Shown here: positions 61,017 through 64,000 of the stretch, piece after piece
Numbering within the stretch: the stretch's first letter is position 1
Layout: each line of letters starts with the position of its first letter
NCBI GenBank assembly: GCA_965209055.1
Contig: OZ242374.1
Location: forward strand, 3,104,001-3,168,000
Direction of reading: 5' to 3'
Source of the DNA: Acidobacteriota bacterium
GTDB lineage: Bacteria; Acidobacteriota; UBA6911; RPQK01; JAJDTT01
Length of the DNA: 64,000 nucleotides
Notes under the pieces: model-generated
The model's input: only the letters and a program-made list of their open reading frames with translations
Databases searched by the model: none
What the model was told of the DNA's origin: nothing
Program-made: the position numbers and the translations under genes

Positions 61017-61149
61017 GTCCGTTCTCGGCCACGAAAGGCCAAAGACATCCGATTCATCCCGGTGGAGAGAATGCGGGGAAGAGCGGTGGTGGAAATTCTA
61101 TAAATCTTTTATTTTAAATGGTTTAAAGACTTTATAGAAACAGTCCTCC

Positions 61150-61445
61150 AGGGATAATTGAAACGGGAGCGACCCCCCCAGGGGGTGTTGCGCAAATGTG
61201 AATGCGCAACACCCCCACGCCCGCACCGGGCAGCAAAAAGGGGGGGGCGCTCCCGTCCACCTCCATTTTCCCCGTGCGGCCACCCGGTGGCCGGAAATGG
61301 GGCCGTAACTGACTGAAAGGAAAAAAGATCGGGGAGAGTGCATTTGTGCGTCACCGGGACCGCTTTTTGTGAATCCACCCCCTTTGTCCCATTCACATCC
61401 CGGATCGGGCGCGAGACCCCCTTTACGCACTGCCGAAACGAACCA
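61150..61445 (-). repeat. Hairpin-repeat family A, copy 5 (stem 61163-61256)
   Basis: Reverse-complement match to copies 1 and 4, with a perfect 14-bp inner stem GGGGGTGTTGCGCA/TGCGCAACACCCCC. Its upstream part recurs alone at ~58098-58188. Confidence 0.9.
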
Positions 61446-62135
61446 TCATAAGCCTTTGCGACTGCCAAGTGCGTTCACCGTCAATCACGACCTGGAAGGA
61501 GCGAATTTCCGCCGCTGGTTGCACCTCGACCGCCCGCTTCAGTGCGACCGTCACCCCGCCATAAGAGACGAATCGGCGGCAACCAAGTCTTTTTCGGCGT
61601 TTCCGATCGGCACGCCGGTTTTACGCCCAACTGTCAAAACATTGGATGCGTAGGATGGCCCCTGTCGACCTGAAACAGGTGGATGAAGGGTCTGGCACCT
61701 TTGAATCGGAGGCGTGAGAAGGAAACCTGCGCAGAATGGCGGCGCGGCGTATTTCGTGGTAGCGTCCAACCCATGATTCTGGCCCTTGCGCTTCTCCTCG
61801 CCGTCGTCGCCTGGATCTGCTACGCCGTCGCCCGCGCCCTCGACGCGAGTCTTGAAGAGGCGGACTGCCAAGCGGCTGCGGTGTTGGTAAACGACCGTCG
61901 AATCGCATTCACGATGTCTCCGAGCATCGGGAACACGAGGTAAGGGAAAAGAGCGTGTCGGCTTTCAGGAGCAAATTCTACTGCCTGTTTGTTGCCTGTT
62001 CAGCACGCCAGACATGGGGAGTCAACCACTTTACCGATTCGGCGAAGAACCCGGTAATCCATTGAAAACGGTAATGTTTGGTAGTTATTGACTGAGGGAC
62101 GGTTGGGATTGGAAAACCCCCACTCCGGGGCGCTC

Positions 62136-62996
62136 CTACCGTCCGCTCCGTGTTCCTGCCAGGTAGTCGGCCAAGCCCCGGCTCCAGTGGGGCATCGGGT
62201 CGAGGCCCGCCCGCGTCAGGGCGTCGTTGGCCAGGACCGAGTACGCAGGGCGGGCAGCCTTGGCCCCGAACTCCCGGGAGGTGATGGGAGTCAGATCAAC
62301 CGTGAGGCCGGCCAACTCGAAGAGCCGGTGGGCGAATTCGTACCAGGTGCACTCGCCCCGGTTGGTGACATGGACGGTTCCCCGGGCCTCCGAAGCGAGC
62401 AACTGAACCATCTTGGGAGCGAGGTGCGCCGTGAACGTGGGCGCCAGGCGCTGATCGTCCACCACGCGAATGGGGCGGCCCCTCGCGGCAAGTCGCAGCA
62501 TGACGGCCACGAAGCTGTGGTCTCCGGCCAGACCGTAAAGACCCGAGGTCCTCACGATCAGGTGCCGCCGGCACTCTGCTCGAAGCAGATTTTCGCCGGC
62601 CAGCTTGGAGGCTCCATAGACGTTTACGGGGGAAGGGGGATCTTCCTCCGTGTAGGGCGACGTCCGGCCGCCGTCGCCGCCGAATACGTAGTCGGTGCTC
62701 ACGTGCACCAGGAGCGCGTCCAGGTCGTTGCAGACCCGGCCCAGGTTCAGGACCGCGTCGGCGTTGGTCCGGAAGGCCCTGGACTCGTGGTCCTCGCAGT
62801 CGTCGACGCGGTGGTACGCTGCGGTATTGATGACGGCGTTCGGACGGAGCCGGGTCAGAACCTCTCGTGTGCGGACGTGGTCGCAAATCTCCAGACCCTG
62901 ATGAGAAAGGGGTAGAACCCGATCCGGATTGCCCAGCTCCCGCACCAGGTCGGATCCCAACTGTCCCTTGGATCCGATCACGACCACTCTGCGCAT
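62136..62996 (-). CDS. rfbD: dTDP-4-dehydrorhamnose reductase
   Basis: IGSKGQLG, INTAAY, HVSTDYVFGG, YGASKLAGE, VVDDQ..PT and RPAYSVL. Confidence 0.96.
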   Translation of the reverse strand: MRRVVVIGSKGQLGSDLVRELGNPDRVLPLSHQGLEICDHVRTREVLTRLRPNAVINTAAYHRVDDCEDHESRAFRTNADAVLNLGRVCNDLDALLVHVSTDYVFGGDGGRTSPYTEEDPPSPVNVYGASKLAGENLLRAECRRHLIVRTSGLYGLAGDHSFVAVMLRLAARGRPIRVVDDQRLAPTFTAHLAPKMVQLLASEARGTVHVTNRGECTWYEFAHRLFELAGLTVDLTPITSREFGAKAARPAYSVLANDALTRAGLDPMPHWSRGLADYLAGTRSGR

Positions 62997-63151
62997 GCGG
63001 CGTCTCCCTCGGTCCGGCTCCCGAGATCCGAAGATTAACAGTTCCAGGAGAGGAATTCGGGCTTGAACGGAGAATGCGCTTACAGTGCAGCGCCCGGTTT
63101 TGATTTACTGTACCGCTGAGACATCCGCGATTGTTGATGTGAGGTAAAAGC

Positions 63152-63319
63152 ATGCCCAAAGACCATCATGAGCACCACGCCGGTTGTCATCACCATGGCC
63201 CCGACAAGCACGCGCATGACCTTGGCGGGGCCGACCGGCGCAATCTGACTTCGCCTCCGACTACGACGTTCTCACGTCTCGCTTCAGTTGGAATACACGG
63301 CGGAAGACTGTATCGATGA
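63152..63319 (+). pseudogene. His-rich short ORF, probable N-terminal remnant of a CDF (CzcD-type) transporter
   Basis: GAGGT RBS; MPKDHHEHHAGCHHHGPDKHAHDLGGADRRNL then unrelated sequence; 55 aa. Confidence 0.5.
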
Positions 63320-63431
63320 GAATCACGACGTCGGTGACGTCGTTGCTCCCTGCGCCGCCGAGGGAATCGAGACGGGCTGACCCGAATCTCAATCCCGGAC
63401 GCTGAACCGGCGTGCCATGGAAACTTTTCTC

Positions 63432-64000
63432 ATGTTTCAGCTTGCCGGTTCGCTGGCCGCCCCGGTCGTGGGCGCGTTCTTCTACAGGTGGCTTCATGGC
63501 CGAAGCGGCGCCGTGCGCCTCTTCGACCGGCTCATGTACGTCGCCGTGCCGGCGATCGTCCTCTGGCAGGTGCTGCCCCATTCCTGGGCAAACCATGGGG
63601 TCCTCGCAATCGTGGTTCTCCTTCTGGGGATGGGCACACCGAATCTCATCGAACGGGTCTCCCGCTCGCTCGCGCCCCACACCGACAATCTTGCCCTCCT
63701 GGCCGGTTTTTCGGGCCTGTTGGTACACGCGTTTCTGGAAGGCGGCGCTCTGGTGTCCAAGGACGCGCGCGTCTCCTACGCCGTGATCCTTCACCGAATC
63801 CCGGTCGGCTTGATGATCTGGTGGATCTTGCGGCCCCGCCACGGCTTCCGGGGCGCGGCGGCCGGAATCGGGACCATTCTTGCGGCTACCGTCGTTGGAT
63901 ACGCCGTCGGTAGCCGGATCTTTGCCGATGGGGACGGTGTCGAGCTCTACCAGGCCTTTGTCGGCGGATCGCTGCTCCACGCCGTGTTCCACCAAAGTCT
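63432..64000 (+). CDS. ZIP-like metal transporter/permease (runs off window end)
   Basis: Manual translation MFQLAGSLAAPVVG...; multiple TM helices with LVHAFLEG, ILHRIPVG and GSLLHAVFH. Confidence 0.7.
   Translation, partial: MFQLAGSLAAPVVGAFFYRWLHGRSGAVRLFDRLMYVAVPAIVLWQVLPHSWANHGVLAIVVLLLGMGTPNLIERVSRSLAPHTDNLALLAGFSGLLVHAFLEGGALVSKDARVSYAVILHRIPVGLMIWWILRPRHGFRGAAAGIGTILAATVVGYAVGSRIFADGDGVELYQAFVGGSLLHAVFHQS

Larger units (their letters stand above)
35406..62190. mobile_element. Composite genomic island (~26.8 kb) integrated in the 3' end of rfbD
   Basis: 33-bp direct repeats at both ends, a tyrosine integrase near the left end, IS elements, a defence gene, pseudogenes and locally lower GC. 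Confidence 0.88.

Noticed and set aside
40906-61445. Family-A hairpins as integron attC sites or simple Rho-independent terminators
   Set aside because: There are no RYYYAAC/GTTRRRY core boxes, orientations are mixed and no IntI-like gene is evident. The stems enclose 60-70 nt and lack a 3' U-tract.

Overview
A GC-rich bacterial chromosome segment. It is probably Acidobacteriota (a TIGR03435/DUF3738-like gene is present) and possibly a sponge symbiont (SupA-like PKS KS domain); both assignments are inference. Positions 1-35.4 kb are mostly housekeeping: the start of a type I PKS, grpE, hrcA, a lipoate ligase, HtrA, UvrD/PcrA, a ParB-like/SPL-like pair, Pal, three M16 peptidases and rimP-nusA-infB-DUF503-[insert]-DHH-truB. 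The insert sits where rbfA is expected. It holds a CxxC/RAPP leader peptide, a Cys-tailed flavoprotein and a FeoB-like gene. A sirtuin, an aminosugar-type operon and a planctomycete-type cytochrome c protein follow. Positions 35.4-62.2 kb are a ~26.8 kb genomic island integrated into the 3' end of rfbD, marked by a 33-bp direct repeat, with the gene restored by a new C-terminus. The island carries a RAYT with REP-like repeats, an intact tyrosine integrase, a nonsense-disrupted P4-type integrase, IS1634, IS5, an IS66-like MITE, GmrSD and several orphan secreted or membrane genes. The most notable unexplained structures are: (i) five copies of a ~100-nt nested hairpin with compensatory base changes, tied to remnants of one uncharacterised gene family; and (ii) four copies of a CCGACACTTT-N11-CGGTA(T/G)GTA motif placed upstream of an island-encoded sigma factor operon and of cargo genes, a candidate island-private sigma regulon.
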